Below are positions 38,577 to 49,296 of a stretch of 64,000 nt of DNA, piece by piece (the first letter of the stretch is position 1; the number at the start of each line of letters is the position of its first letter). The notes below the pieces were generated by a model. The model was not told the DNA's origin, did no database searches, and saw nothing but the letters and a program-made list of their open reading frames with translations. A program made the translations under genes and the position numbers. The DNA is from an uncultured candidate division Zixibacteria bacterium. Lineage in GTDB: Bacteria > Zixibacteria > MSB-5A5 > RBG-16-43-9. Where the stretch lies: contig OY970208.1 in assembly GCA_963713865.1 (NCBI GenBank), positions 1,696,001 through 1,760,000 on the forward strand. Reading direction: 5' to 3'.

Positions 38577-40700
38577 ATGAGATCAAAACATTATTTAGGT
38601 ATAGCTCTGTTGTCACTGTTAGTTTCAGGAGTAAATATTTTGTCAGCTCAAACCTCAGATGAACTTGACGATCTGATGAAGATGAGTTTGGAAGATCTCT
38701 TAAATGTTTCCGCCGTTTCTGGCGTTCGTCATGAACAGAGGATTATAGACTCCCCCAGATCGATCTCCGTTATTACCGCAGAAGAGATTAGAAAGAAAAA
38801 TTTTCGCAGCACCCCGGAAGCTTTGAACGAGCTGGTTGGTATTCTGATCCAGGAAACAAATTACGGAGGAGGATCGCCTATCATCCGGGGATTGATTGGA
38901 AATCAGATTTTAATCTTGATTGATGGGGTCAGATTAAATAATGCCATTTTCCGTCTTGGACCGAATCAATACCTAAATACCATCGATCTTAATCAAATTG
39001 AAAGGATCGAGATAGTGCGAGGACCCGGCTCAGTGCTTTATGGCAGCGATGCCTTAGGAGGTTTAATTAATATCATCACCAAGTCCAGAAAAGGCTATAG
39101 TAAAGATCTGGATATCGGCGCAAGATTTTATACTCGGTATGCCAGTGCGGATAAGGGGAAAATTGGACGTATTGACCTCAGCGGAAATATCAAGAAAATG
39201 GGTATTACGGGAGGATTTAGTTATAAAATATTTGGTGATCTGCGAGCCGGGGATGGAGTAGGGTTTCAACCCTTTACCAGTTATGATGAGTGGAATCTTG
39301 ATCTCAAAATGAATCTTGAATTATCAAAGCGACAGAATGTTTCAATCGGTTTGCAAAAGGTCGATCAATTAAATCTACCTCGAACAGATAAGCTGATATC
39401 GGGTTCAGACTTAAAACATGAATGGGATCCAGAAGGGAGGGATCTGCTCTATGCACAATATGAATTTGAAAAAATCAACTCTTTGGTTAACAAGCTTTAT
39501 GCTGGGTTCTCTTATCAAAATCAATTAGAGGATTTATATATAATTACCAGCTCTAAACCAAAGATCCAGCAAGAGCTTCACAATGAAGTCAAATCAGTTG
39601 GATTTACATTTCAACTAATTTCTGAACTGGGTAAACATCAGCTCTTAACTTATGGTGCTGAGTATTACGCGGATAATATTGAAAGTCATAGAGTAGATGT
39701 CGATATCACTACAGGTACACGCACCAACAAAAAAGGCACATTTGCTGATGGTTCAACTTACCGGTCCACCGCAGGATTTTTGCAGGATGAGATACGGTTG
39801 ATGAAATCTATATCCCTGATTATTGGGGTAAGATACAGTTGGTTTGATGCCCAGGCTACAGTTGATGATCCGCTAACCGGAGCTATCCAGGTCCATTCTA
39901 CTCCTACCGCCTTGACTACAAGTGCCAGAGCTTTGTATAAATTGACAGAGAATCTCGTTGTTACTTTTGGTGTTGGTCAGGGCTTCAGGGCTCCTAATAT
40001 CGACGACTTGTCAATTTTGGGGAGTTTCGGCAGTGGGTTCGAGGTCCCCAATCCAAATCTCGAACCGGAGCAGAACATAAATTATGAGATCGGTCTTAAG
40101 GCGCAGCATAGAAAATTTACCGGTTCCTTATATTATTTCCTCAGTAATTATAAAGACTTAATCGAGCGAGGTACCGGCACTTTTAACAACCTTCCATTTT
40201 TGGATAACAATGGCAACGGTATCCAGGATCCAGGAGAGCAGAGTGTTTTTCAAAGAAAGAACATAGTTAAAGCACGTATCCGGGGGGTTGAGGCAGAGGG
40301 ACAAATCCAGATTTTACCTGCATGGACTGTCCTGGGTAATCTTGCCTGGATTAAGGGCGATAATTTAGCTGATAATACACCACTTAGACGCATCCCGCCG
40401 ATCAAGGGGAAATTCAGCATAGAGTGGAGGTTGAAAAATAATTTATGGACGGAATACTACAATTTGTTTGCTACCAAACAGGATAGACTTGCACCAGGGG
40501 ACCTGCAAGACCCTCGTATCCCTGTGGGTGGCACACCTGGATTTTTAACCTTCAATATCCGAGGAGGGCTGGATCTCAACAGATTTGGCAATGTCACAAT
40601 TGGCTGGGAAAATATAACGGACAAAGCCTACAGACTACATGGTTCCGGTATTGATGGCCCCGGCATTAATCTTGTGGTTGGTTATGAGTTAACCTTTTAA
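38577..40700 (+). CDS. TonB-dependent receptor
   Basis: Signal peptide from ATG 38577, plug ERIEIVRGPGSVLYGSDALGG, GFRAPNI, LEPEQ, C-terminal YELTF. Confidence 0.92.
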   Translation: MRSKHYLGIALLSLLVSGVNILSAQTSDELDDLMKMSLEDLLNVSAVSGVRHEQRIIDSPRSISVITAEEIRKKNFRSTPEALNELVGILIQETNYGGGSPIIRGLIGNQILILIDGVRLNNAIFRLGPNQYLNTIDLNQIERIEIVRGPGSVLYGSDALGGLINIITKSRKGYSKDLDIGARFYTRYASADKGKIGRIDLSGNIKKMGITGGFSYKIFGDLRAGDGVGFQPFTSYDEWNLDLKMNLELSKRQNVSIGLQKVDQLNLPRTDKLISGSDLKHEWDPEGRDLLYAQYEFEKINSLVNKLYAGFSYQNQLEDLYIITSSKPKIQQELHNEVKSVGFTFQLISELGKHQLLTYGAEYYADNIESHRVDVDITTGTRTNKKGTFADGSTYRSTAGFLQDEIRLMKSISLIIGVRYSWFDAQATVDDPLTGAIQVHSTPTALTTSARALYKLTENLVVTFGVGQGFRAPNIDDLSILGSFGSGFEVPNPNLEPEQNINYEIGLKAQHRKFTGSLYYFLSNYKDLIERGTGTFNNLPFLDNNGNGIQDPGEQSVFQRKNIVKARIRGVEAEGQIQILPAWTVLGNLAWIKGDNLADNTPLRRIPPIKGKFSIEWRLKNNLWTEYYNLFATKQDRLAPGDLQDPRIPVGGTPGFLTFNIRGGLDLNRFGNVTIGWENITDKAYRLHGSGIDGPGINLVVGYELTF

Positions 40701-40768
40701 AATAAAATTTTAGGGTAGTGTTTAACTGGAATGGTTAAATAGAGATATAAATTAATATCGCTGAATCC

Positions 40769-41356
40769 ATGAAGAAATTCGGAACTCCAATTTTTAGATT
40801 GGTTTTGACTATCATTTTGACATTCTCAGGGACAGCAAGGTTTCATGCTCAGGAAATGGTGGTTCCGATCAAATTACAGTTAGCCCTTTTTTTAAAAATA
40901 TTGCCTTTTGATTGGAACCTGAAAGATAGAGTTGGTAATGAAATTGTTTTCGCTATTTTCTATCAAAATAATTTTGGGATATCTTATAATGCAAAAGAGG
41001 GATTCTTAAAAGTGGTTAAGGAATCTTCCGTAAAAGAAATCGATGGTATTCCGCTTCGCTTTGTATCGATCGATATTGAAGAGACCGATCTCGCAGAAGC
41101 CATTACAAGAGATAATGTGGATATTCTTTATATAACCCCGCTTCGCGCAATGGAAATTGAAAAGATCACTAACCTGAGTCGAGCCCAAAAAATAACGACC
41201 TTAACTGGTGTACCTGATTATGTTGAGTCAGGGCTTGCCGTTGGAGTCGGTGTTAAAGGCGAAAAACCGCTGATCATCATAAATTTAAAAGCGGCAAAAG
41301 CTGAAGGCGCTGATTTCAGTTCGCAGTTATTGAAGTTAGCAAAAGTCATCGAGTGA
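40769..41356 (+). CDS. YfiR/DUF4154-family periplasmic protein
   Basis: Signal peptide, C-terminal INLKAAKAEGADFSSQLLKLAKVI; sits between the TBDR and a kinase. Confidence 0.8.
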   Translation: MKKFGTPIFRLVLTIILTFSGTARFHAQEMVVPIKLQLALFLKILPFDWNLKDRVGNEIVFAIFYQNNFGISYNAKEGFLKVVKESSVKEIDGIPLRFVSIDIEETDLAEAITRDNVDILYITPLRAMEIEKITNLSRAQKITTLTGVPDYVESGLAVGVGVKGEKPLIIINLKAAKAEGADFSSQLLKLAKVIE

Positions 41357-42861
41357 GAGCGAATATGAGGGTTTTAGATGTTTTATTAGGAAAAAGCTCT
41401 ATCAAAAATAAAATCACTGGTGCCATTGTCTTTGTAGTTTCCCTTATAGCCATTTTCATCATTTTCTATTTTCCTACCAGGTTAAAGAAAGAAGCTTTGC
41501 TTGGGCTGAATGCTAAAGCCCAGAGCTTGGCGATTATGTTGGCATATAATGTCAGCCCGGGGTTGGAGTTTGAGGATCTTCAATCGGTGAAAGAGTCGAT
41601 CGAGGGAGCTAAACAGAATAAAGACCTATCATATGTCTTGATATATGATTTTCGAGAGCAAATCTTCGCCTCTTACAACCTGGAGAAAGGTAACGAGGTA
41701 TCAAAAAAGAGAAAAGTAGAAAAGACAGAATCTTTCATGGCTTCAGGGATGCTCAATGTTTATGCTCCTGTCTTCTCCCGGGGAAAGAAAATTGGCTATT
41801 TAACTATGGGTCTATCCCTTTCTGATTTAAAAAGGGAATTGATTTACAATCAACGCATCACTTTCCTGGTGAGTTTTTTCATAATTATCTTCGGAATTTT
41901 AATTGCCACTTACTTAAGCAAAGTCCTTTCCAACCCTATACTCAAATTAACTCAGGCGGTTCGCAGGCTATCCTCAGGCTATACCGAAGTTAAAGTAGAG
42001 GTAGAAACCAAGGATGAGATAGGGGTCCTGGCTAAGGCTTTTAACCAGATGACGATTGACTTGAAGAAATCACGGGAACAATTAATCCAGCAGGAGAAGA
42101 TGGCATCAGTGGGGCAGCTTGCAGCTGGAGCGGCCCATGAGTTGAATAACCCCCTGGCAGGGATTTTGGGTTATTCACAGTTCGCTTTGGAGAAGATCAC
42201 AAAAAAAACTTTAAAAGATTTGAATGAGGATGATATCTGTGCCTATACCCAATACCTTAAAGATATCGAGCATCAATCTCAAAGGTGCAAGACCATAGTT
42301 CAAAATCTGCTTAAGTTTGCCCGATCCTCTACCAAGGTTCCATTTGAACCTCTGGATTTAAACTCGGTTTTGAAGGACACCTTAGTTTTTCTCAGTCATC
42401 AGATGGATATGAACAAGATAGAGCTAATTGTAAATTTAGCTGATTTACCTCCTGAGGTTATGGGGAATTCCAATCAGATTCAGCAGGTATTTACCAATGT
42501 CATCATGAATTCAATTCAGGCGATGCCTGAGGGTGGAAAGTTGGCCATATCGAGCTCAAAGAGGGAGAAAGAGGATAATTTGCCGGAGAGGGTGGAGATC
42601 GTTTTCACCGATACCGGCCATGGAATACCTGAAGGTAATCTAAACAAGATCTTTGAACCTTTCTTCACCACCAAGAAAGTGGGCGAAGGGACCGGCTTAG
42701 GTTTGCCGGTGAGCTATGGTATAATCAAAGAACATAAAGGTGAAATCTCAGTGGAAAGCCAGGTAGGGAAAGGAACTACGTTCATCCTTTGGATACCAGT
42801 TTTCTACATAGATAAAAGATGCGAAGATAAACAGGAAAAGAAAGTTTTAAAAAAGGTATAA
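41353..42861 (+). CDS. Membrane sensor histidine kinase (periplasmic sensor-HAMP-HisKA-HATPase)
   Basis: Two TM, DEIGVLAKAFNQM, EKMASVGQLAAGAAHELNNPL, FEPFFTTK, GTGLGL. Confidence 0.93.
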   Translation: MRANMRVLDVLLGKSSIKNKITGAIVFVVSLIAIFIIFYFPTRLKKEALLGLNAKAQSLAIMLAYNVSPGLEFEDLQSVKESIEGAKQNKDLSYVLIYDFREQIFASYNLEKGNEVSKKRKVEKTESFMASGMLNVYAPVFSRGKKIGYLTMGLSLSDLKRELIYNQRITFLVSFFIIIFGILIATYLSKVLSNPILKLTQAVRRLSSGYTEVKVEVETKDEIGVLAKAFNQMTIDLKKSREQLIQQEKMASVGQLAAGAAHELNNPLAGILGYSQFALEKITKKTLKDLNEDDICAYTQYLKDIEHQSQRCKTIVQNLLKFARSSTKVPFEPLDLNSVLKDTLVFLSHQMDMNKIELIVNLADLPPEVMGNSNQIQQVFTNVIMNSIQAMPEGGKLAISSSKREKEDNLPERVEIVFTDTGHGIPEGNLNKIFEPFFTTKKVGEGTGLGLPVSYGIIKEHKGEISVESQVGKGTTFILWIPVFYIDKRCEDKQEKKVLKKV

Positions 42862-42881
42862 AAAACTGCTTGAGGTGAAAA

Positions 42882-43274
42882 ATGAACCAGGAAAATGGAA
42901 ATAGAAATATTTTGATCGTTGACGATGAGGAGATTATGAGAAATTTCTTAGGGGAGGTTTTCTCGGAGGAGGGTTATCAATTAGATTTTGCCTGTGATGG
43001 GGATGAGGCTATTGAGAAAATAAGAAAGGTAAATTACAGGGTAATTATAACTGATATCAGGATGCCTAAAGTAGAGGGTACTGAAGTCCTGAGGGTGGCT
43101 AAAGAGATTCTACCGCAGGCTGAGGTGATTGTCATAACCGGTTATGCCTCAGAAGATGTTGCCAGGGAATGTGAAAAACTGGGGGCTTTTGCCTACTTGA
43201 CCAAACCTTTCCAAATGACTCATATAAGAGAGTTGGTGAACAAAATTGTAACTGGGCAGGTTGGGTTAAAATGA
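42882..43274 (+). CDS. Single-domain response regulator
   Basis: ILIVDDEE, ITDIRMP, ITGY, TKPF. Confidence 0.92.
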   Translation: MNQENGNRNILIVDDEEIMRNFLGEVFSEEGYQLDFACDGDEAIEKIRKVNYRVIITDIRMPKVEGTEVLRVAKEILPQAEVIVITGYASEDVARECEKLGAFAYLTKPFQMTHIRELVNKIVTGQVGLK

Positions 43275-43654
43275 GAATCTTAGTGGTGGACGACGAACAG
43301 ATTATCCGAAAGCTTTTATCTGAAGTCTTATTAGAGGATGAGCATCAGGTGAGTTGTGCTTTAAACGGGAAAGAAGCTGTGGAGAAAGTCAGGGAAGAAA
43401 AATACGATCTTATTTTTTCGGATGTTCATATGCCTGAGATGAATGGCTTGGAAGCAGTAAAAATAATTAAAATGATAGATAAAAAGGTTGTCATCGTGAT
43501 GATGGATAGTTTTCCGGATGTTATGAGTGAATTAGCTCAAGAGGAAGGTGCCATAACCTGTATCCATAAACCTTTTGAACTCCAGGAGATCAGAGATATC
43601 ATAAAAAAAATTGAAAACAAGGATATAAGAGGTGAGAAGATTGGAATCAGATGA
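43271..43654 (+). CDS. Single-domain response regulator
   Basis: ILVVDDEQ, FSDVHMP, HKPF; switch position reads MMDS. Confidence 0.9.
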   Translation: MRILVVDDEQIIRKLLSEVLLEDEHQVSCALNGKEAVEKVREEKYDLIFSDVHMPEMNGLEAVKIIKMIDKKVVIVMMDSFPDVMSELAQEEGAITCIHKPFELQEIRDIIKKIENKDIRGEKIGIR

Positions 43655-45314
43655 GATTAATCCAGTCAAAAAGATAAAAATTGCCGTGGTCGACGATGAG
43701 GAGATCATGCGTAGATTGGTCTCAGATGTCCTCAAAACCGAAGGATATGAGGTCGATTCCTTTGCTAATCCCAAAGAAATTTTGGAGAAGATAAAAGAAA
43801 AAAATTTCGACTTTGTACTTACTGATATTAAAATGCCGGACCTGGATGGGATTGAGTTGATCAAACAAATACACCAGATAAATCCGAATGTAGGTACAAT
43901 ATTTATGACCGGATATGCAGATTTAGCTTCATCCAAAGAGGCACTTAAAGAAGGGGCTTATGATTACCTGTTGAAACCATTCGACTTAAATGAGGTGAGA
44001 AAATCTGTGGCAAAGGCTATTGAGAAAAGGAATATATCTGAGGAGAAAGCCAAAGCCAGGGGGATAACACCTCTTCTGGACTTAAACCAGGAAATCTACA
44101 AAAGCGGGGATAAAGATAGCCTTCTAAAGCTAACCTTAAAATTTGCCTTGATGCAGACCGGAATCCAAAAAGGTTCTATCCTTTTATGGGATGAGGATAG
44201 CCAGAAAGTTAAAATATTTCTGACCACAGATTTCAATAAAGATCTCTCAGAAAAAATTGAGCTCGAAGTAGATTCAAAAATAGTTGAAAATTGGTTTGAG
44301 TTAAAAGATATGATAAAAATCTCCGAACTTGAAAAACATCCTATATTTTCTTCACTTTTTTCTTTTTATCCCGAGCTTTCGATCTGGAAAAAAATAATCG
44401 AAAAAGGTGAGACCATCTTTTCCATCGTCGCTGGCCGTGACAAAAAAGTATTTGAGCTTTTAAGCCTTAATTGCACAAAATATCCGGAGGAAATTGCTGA
44501 AAGCTCTTTAAAGCTTTTGTCCCTGATAACCAGTCAAACCGCTTTATCGATTGAGAACCTTCTTTTGCTGAAGGAGTCAAAAAAGTCCTTCAGCGAATTA
44601 GAGAGATTACAAGACCAAATCATTCAGCTCGACAGGATGGCGACCAAAGCCCTGCAATCCGCAGAGATAGGGCATGAACTAAATAACTATTTATCTATAG
44701 TAATGGGGAACCTCCAGAGGTTAACCCTTTCTCTGGATAAGGATGAACCAGAAAAGAGAAGAAAGATTCTGGATACGATAGACGAGTATCTCCAGAGGAT
44801 GGTTAAATTTGTTTCCGGATTAATGGATTTTGGATCTTTGAAGTCGGAAAAGAAGGAAGGTAACCTGAACCAATTGATACAGAAGACCTTAAGCTTCGTC
44901 CAATCTCAAAACAGATTTAAAAATATCTCAATTGAGACCAGATTAAACCAAAAGGTCCCTTTTCTATTTTTAGATGCTGACCAGATCCAGCAGCTCATAT
45001 ATAATTTATTGAACAATGCGGCTGATGCTATGGGAAAAAGAAAGGGGGAGGGAGGGGTCATCGCTATTGAGACATTTCTAGACAGAGATGAAAGCTTTGC
45101 AGAGTTAGCAGTGTCGGATACCGGGAAAGGAATGAGCGAGGAAGAACTGGGAAAAGTTTTTAAGACCCGTTTTACTACCAAGGAAACAGGGCATGGTTTC
45201 GGTCTCATCGCCTGCAAAAAGATAGTGGATAACCACCAGGGGGAAATCACGGTAAAAAGTCAGTATAATCAAGGAACAACATTTAGGATTAAACTACCTC
45301 TAAAAAACAAATAA
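43632..45314 (+). CDS. Receiver-GAF-like-histidine kinase hybrid
   Basis: VVDDEE/LTDIKMP/LKPF; GHELNNYL; NLLNNAADAM; DTGKGM; GHGFGL. Confidence 0.9.
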   Translation: MRRLESDEINPVKKIKIAVVDDEEIMRRLVSDVLKTEGYEVDSFANPKEILEKIKEKNFDFVLTDIKMPDLDGIELIKQIHQINPNVGTIFMTGYADLASSKEALKEGAYDYLLKPFDLNEVRKSVAKAIEKRNISEEKAKARGITPLLDLNQEIYKSGDKDSLLKLTLKFALMQTGIQKGSILLWDEDSQKVKIFLTTDFNKDLSEKIELEVDSKIVENWFELKDMIKISELEKHPIFSSLFSFYPELSIWKKIIEKGETIFSIVAGRDKKVFELLSLNCTKYPEEIAESSLKLLSLITSQTALSIENLLLLKESKKSFSELERLQDQIIQLDRMATKALQSAEIGHELNNYLSIVMGNLQRLTLSLDKDEPEKRRKILDTIDEYLQRMVKFVSGLMDFGSLKSEKKEGNLNQLIQKTLSFVQSQNRFKNISIETRLNQKVPFLFLDADQIQQLIYNLLNNAADAMGKRKGEGGVIAIETFLDRDESFAELAVSDTGKGMSEEELGKVFKTRFTTKETGHGFGLIACKKIVDNHQGEITVKSQYNQGTTFRIKLPLKNK

Positions 45315-45593
45315 CATTGAATCCGGATAGGGGAAGTCCTCTCTCATATTAGCCGAACTATTTAAGCTTAACCAGGAAAGATAAAACAAAAACAATACCG
45401 CGTAAATAGAGCTAACCCTTACCCTTCTCTTTAATAGAAAAGGAAGGGAGGTAGAGAGGCATTGCAATATCTCTCTATGTTTTTCTGTAATATAAGATTC
45501 GATTAATTTACCCCTTAGGCCCTTAGATTCCTGTTGCATAGTTTAAAATATTAATTATATTAAAACTCGAAAAATGATTTTACGGAGGTTTAG

Positions 45594-46151
45594 ATGTTGT
45601 CCACCACTGATTTTCGCAAAGGACTGCGGATAAAATTTGAAGGGGAGCCTTATTATATAATCGATTTCCAGCATGCGCGCACAGCCCAGAGAAGAGCCTT
45701 CGTAAGAACTAAGTTGAAAAACATCAAGACCGGTGCAGTCTTAGAGAGGACCTTTTCAGCCGGAGAGACTTTTGAAGAGCCGGATTTTCAGGAAAAATGG
45801 ATGCAGTATCTTTATTTCTCTGGAGCTGAATTTAATTTTATGGATTCAAAGAGCTACGAGCAGATCGTTTTGAATGAAGAGCAGTTAGGTGATTACAGAT
45901 GGTATTTGAAAGAGAACGAGGTATATCAGATCCTGTTCTTCGAAGGAAAACCGGTGAGCCTGGATATTCCCACCTCAGTTATTTTACAGGTAACCACGAC
46001 TGAGCCAGCCATTAAAGGAGATTCAGTTACTAATATCACCAAAAATGCTACCCTGGAAACCGGGCTGGTAGTTAAAGTTCCAATGTTCATCAAGGAAGGT
46101 GATAAAGTAAAGGTAGATACTCGCACCGGAGAATATATAGAAAGGGCTTAA
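45594..46151 (+). CDS. efp: Translation elongation factor P
   Basis: DFRKGL, AFVRTKLKNIKTG, MQYLY, FMD...YEQ, GDSVT..K.ATLETG, VPMFIKEGD..VDTRTGEY. Confidence 0.96.
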   Translation: MLSTTDFRKGLRIKFEGEPYYIIDFQHARTAQRRAFVRTKLKNIKTGAVLERTFSAGETFEEPDFQEKWMQYLYFSGAEFNFMDSKSYEQIVLNEEQLGDYRWYLKENEVYQILFFEGKPVSLDIPTSVILQVTTTEPAIKGDSVTNITKNATLETGLVVKVPMFIKEGDKVKVDTRTGEYIERA

Positions 46152-46194
46152 ATTCTAATTTAACCAGAAAATAAACTTAAATCGAAACATAGTC

Positions 46195-47049
46195 ATGGAT
46201 AAAAAAATATCTGGTTCTGGTGGAAAGGAATTTCATAAAGGTAATCTACCTCTAACTGATAGAAAAGGGAAGTATCCTCTTAAACCTGCCCCGCGTTCTT
46301 TCTCTCAAAGGGAACTTTTTAAAGAAGGGGACAAGGTTGTTTCAGCAGAACAGAGAATTGGAAAACAACGAGCAGAACCTAAAAAGAGTTCCGGCTGGAT
46401 CGGCACAGACGAGTCGGGTAAAGGCGATTATTTCGGACCTTTGGTGGTTGCGGGAGTTTATTTAGAGGATAACCTTCTACCTAAATTAAAGGAGCTGAAT
46501 GTTCGGGATAGTAAAAAAATATCGGATGGGGTTATAAAAGAGCTGGATTTCAAATTACGCAGTTTCTGCCGCTATTCGGTGGTGGTTATTGGACCGGGGA
46601 ATTATAATCTTTTATATGCCAAGATGAAAAATCTGAATCGTATTCTTGGCTGGGGGCACGCCAGGGTGATAGAGAATATACTGTTGCAGGTTGATGCACC
46701 AAAGGCAATTTCTGATCAGTTCGGGGATGAGCTTTATATAAAAAATGCGCTGATGAAATTGGGGAAAAAAATAAGACTTGAACAAAGGCCCGGGGCAGAA
46801 TCTGATTTGGCCGTAGCAGCAGCTTCGATTTTAGCCCGAGCTGAGTTTTTAAAAAGGCTGGAAGGGCTTTCACGAGACTGCGGAATGGTTTTGCCGAAAG
46901 GGGCATCTCCTCAGACCGAAGAAGCGGCAAAACAACTGGTTGAAAAGCTGGGTAAGGAAAATTTAGAGAAGTATGTGAAAATGCATTTTAAGAATACCAA
47001 CAAAGTGTTGCTCCCAGAAAAAAATCTACCTACGACAAGTCAGAGTTAA
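46195..47049 (+). CDS. rnhC: Ribonuclease HIII
   Basis: IGTDESGKGDYFGPLVV, VRDSKK, SDQF, AVAAASILARAEF, KMHFKN. Confidence 0.85.
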   Translation: MDKKISGSGGKEFHKGNLPLTDRKGKYPLKPAPRSFSQRELFKEGDKVVSAEQRIGKQRAEPKKSSGWIGTDESGKGDYFGPLVVAGVYLEDNLLPKLKELNVRDSKKISDGVIKELDFKLRSFCRYSVVVIGPGNYNLLYAKMKNLNRILGWGHARVIENILLQVDAPKAISDQFGDELYIKNALMKLGKKIRLEQRPGAESDLAVAAASILARAEFLKRLEGLSRDCGMVLPKGASPQTEEAAKQLVEKLGKENLEKYVKMHFKNTNKVLLPEKNLPTTSQS

Positions 47050-47361
47050 AAAAATCAATTACCAAAAAGTAATTTTAAAATCTTTTTTAATTTTCCACAT
47101 TCAGTTTATGTGGTATCTGAAAAACTTAAAATACTTGATATAAATATTGGAAAGTAAAGCTTAAACTTTACTTTTTCATCTTAAGAAGATTGAAAAACAA
47201 AAGAAGTGATCTAAGTAAACCTATTCGAGAAACGGGTCCATAGGAAAGGTTTACACTCCAAAATACCTACAGAAACTACTTTCTGAGAGTTTTTAAAGTC
47301 ATTTTTTACTTTTCAGTTGACTAAAATCTTCAAATTGACTATATATTTTTAATTCCTGTTT

Positions 47362-49074
47362 TTGGATTATGACTTTAAAAGCGATGAATATATGAGAATA
47401 TCAGGTTTTAGAAAGGGATACAAAAACGTAAAAAGATACCGGCAGATTATTGCGGTTCTGTTAAGATACGGGTTTCAGGATATCCTGGCTCGGATGAAGA
47501 TCTCCACTTATCTGAGACTGGGGAAAAAGCTTATTGTCAGAAAGAAAGTTGAGGTGGAAAAGCTTACCTATGCCCAGAGGATAAGGATGGCTCTGGAAGA
47601 ATTAGGTCCAACCTTTGTAAAATTAGGGCAACAATTGTCCATGCGGCCATTTTTATTACCCCTCGAATTAATCGAGGAGCTTACCAGGTTGCAGGATGAG
47701 GTTGCTCCTTTTCCTTTTGAAAAAGTAAAAGTGATTGTGGAAAGAGAGCTCAAAGCTCCTTTGGAAAAGTACTTTTTCTATTTTGATCCGAATCCGATCG
47801 CTTCAGCCTCTTTAGCTCAGGTACATAAGGCGGTTACTCAAAGTGGAGATAAGGTAGTAGTAAAGGTCCAGCGTCCTGAAATAAAAAAGATTGTAGATTC
47901 AGATATGAACATTTTAAAAGATTTAGCTAATCTTTTAGATAGATATGTTCCGGAAAGCAGGCAGTATGACCCTAAGGGGATGGTTGAGGAGCTATCCAAA
48001 ACCTTCCGCCGGGAGATTGATTTCAAGAATGAAGGCAGAAATATCGATATCTTCGCAGAAAATTTCAAAGAGGATAAGACTGTCTTTGTGCCTGAAGTTT
48101 ACTGGGAGCTTTCCACCAATTTAGTTCTGACTATGGAATATATTGAAGGGATAAAAGTTTCCAACCTTAAGGAGATTGAAAGAAGAGGCTTGGACCGGAA
48201 GGTCATAGCCCGAAATGCCGGGAAAGCGGTATTTAAACAGATTTTTGTAGATGGCTTTTTTCATGCAGACCCTCATCCGGGTAATATTTTCGTCCTGGAA
48301 AATAACGTGATTGCTCCGGTCGATTTCGGGATGATGGGTAAGCTTTCTGAGTCTGCTATGGATGAGATGTCTGACCTTTTGATCGCTGTGGTGACCTGGG
48401 ATGCTAAGGCTGTGGTCAAGGTTTATGAAAAAGCAGGGATACTTGAAGGAGGGATTAATCTAAAAGCTTTAGAGGCTGATTTCAATGATTTTCTATACAG
48501 ATATCATAAAATTCCTTTATCACGTTTAGATATGAAATCTATAGTCAACGAGTTATTCTATATAATTCATAGATATAATATTCAGGTTCAATCGGAATTG
48601 ATGCTTTTAGGAAAAGCACTGGTGACTTATGAAGAGGTTGCCCGGATCTTAGACCCGGATTATAATTTCATAAACGAGGCCATACCTTATGTTAAAAAAT
48701 TAGCTAAAAGAAAATATAAACCTAAAGTTATTCTAAGAGATCTTTTAAGAGGTGTTCATGACCTGCGAGATTTCTTAGTTGGATTCCCCTTTGAATTAAG
48801 GAAGATTACCCAGAAGATAGGGAAGGGGGAGCTTTCTTTTACCCTACAACATAAAGGTTTGGAAAAACTTATCTTAGAGATAGATCGGGCTTCCAATCGA
48901 ATATCTTTTGCCTTGGTTGTGGCAGCAATTATTGTTGGTTCATCTCTGATTATGAGAATGGAAGTAGGTCCCTATTTATTTGGATACTCACTTTTAGGTA
49001 TAATGGGTTATGTCATGGCAGGACTTTTAGGTATCTGGCTGGTGATTGCAATCTTAAGGTCAGGGAGAATGTAA
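47362..49074 (+). CDS. ABC1/UbiB-family kinase-like protein
   Basis: LEELGPTFVKLGQ, ASASLAQVH, VKVQRP, FFHADPHPGN, DFGMMG, C-terminal TMs; true start may be downstream (MRISG). Confidence 0.92.
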   Translation: MDYDFKSDEYMRISGFRKGYKNVKRYRQIIAVLLRYGFQDILARMKISTYLRLGKKLIVRKKVEVEKLTYAQRIRMALEELGPTFVKLGQQLSMRPFLLPLELIEELTRLQDEVAPFPFEKVKVIVERELKAPLEKYFFYFDPNPIASASLAQVHKAVTQSGDKVVVKVQRPEIKKIVDSDMNILKDLANLLDRYVPESRQYDPKGMVEELSKTFRREIDFKNEGRNIDIFAENFKEDKTVFVPEVYWELSTNLVLTMEYIEGIKVSNLKEIERRGLDRKVIARNAGKAVFKQIFVDGFFHADPHPGNIFVLENNVIAPVDFGMMGKLSESAMDEMSDLLIAVVTWDAKAVVKVYEKAGILEGGINLKALEADFNDFLYRYHKIPLSRLDMKSIVNELFYIIHRYNIQVQSELMLLGKALVTYEEVARILDPDYNFINEAIPYVKKLAKRKYKPKVILRDLLRGVHDLRDFLVGFPFELRKITQKIGKGELSFTLQHKGLEKLILEIDRASNRISFALVVAAIIVGSSLIMRMEVGPYLFGYSLLGIMGYVMAGLLGIWLVIAILRSGRM

Positions 49075-49296
49075 ATACAAGTTAAATGATTAATGATCGA
49101 TGACGAATGACAGATAAAATATAAACTACAAAACTCTATACATCCCACCCAACGTTATTCCTTAACAAAAATAATTAGTAAGTTATATTTAAAACAAAAA
49201 GGTGTTTTTGGATTCAAAATAATGAGTAGAGATAACATATTTAATAATAACAACATAAGACGATATGCTAAACTATAACTTCAAAAGGAGCAGTAG

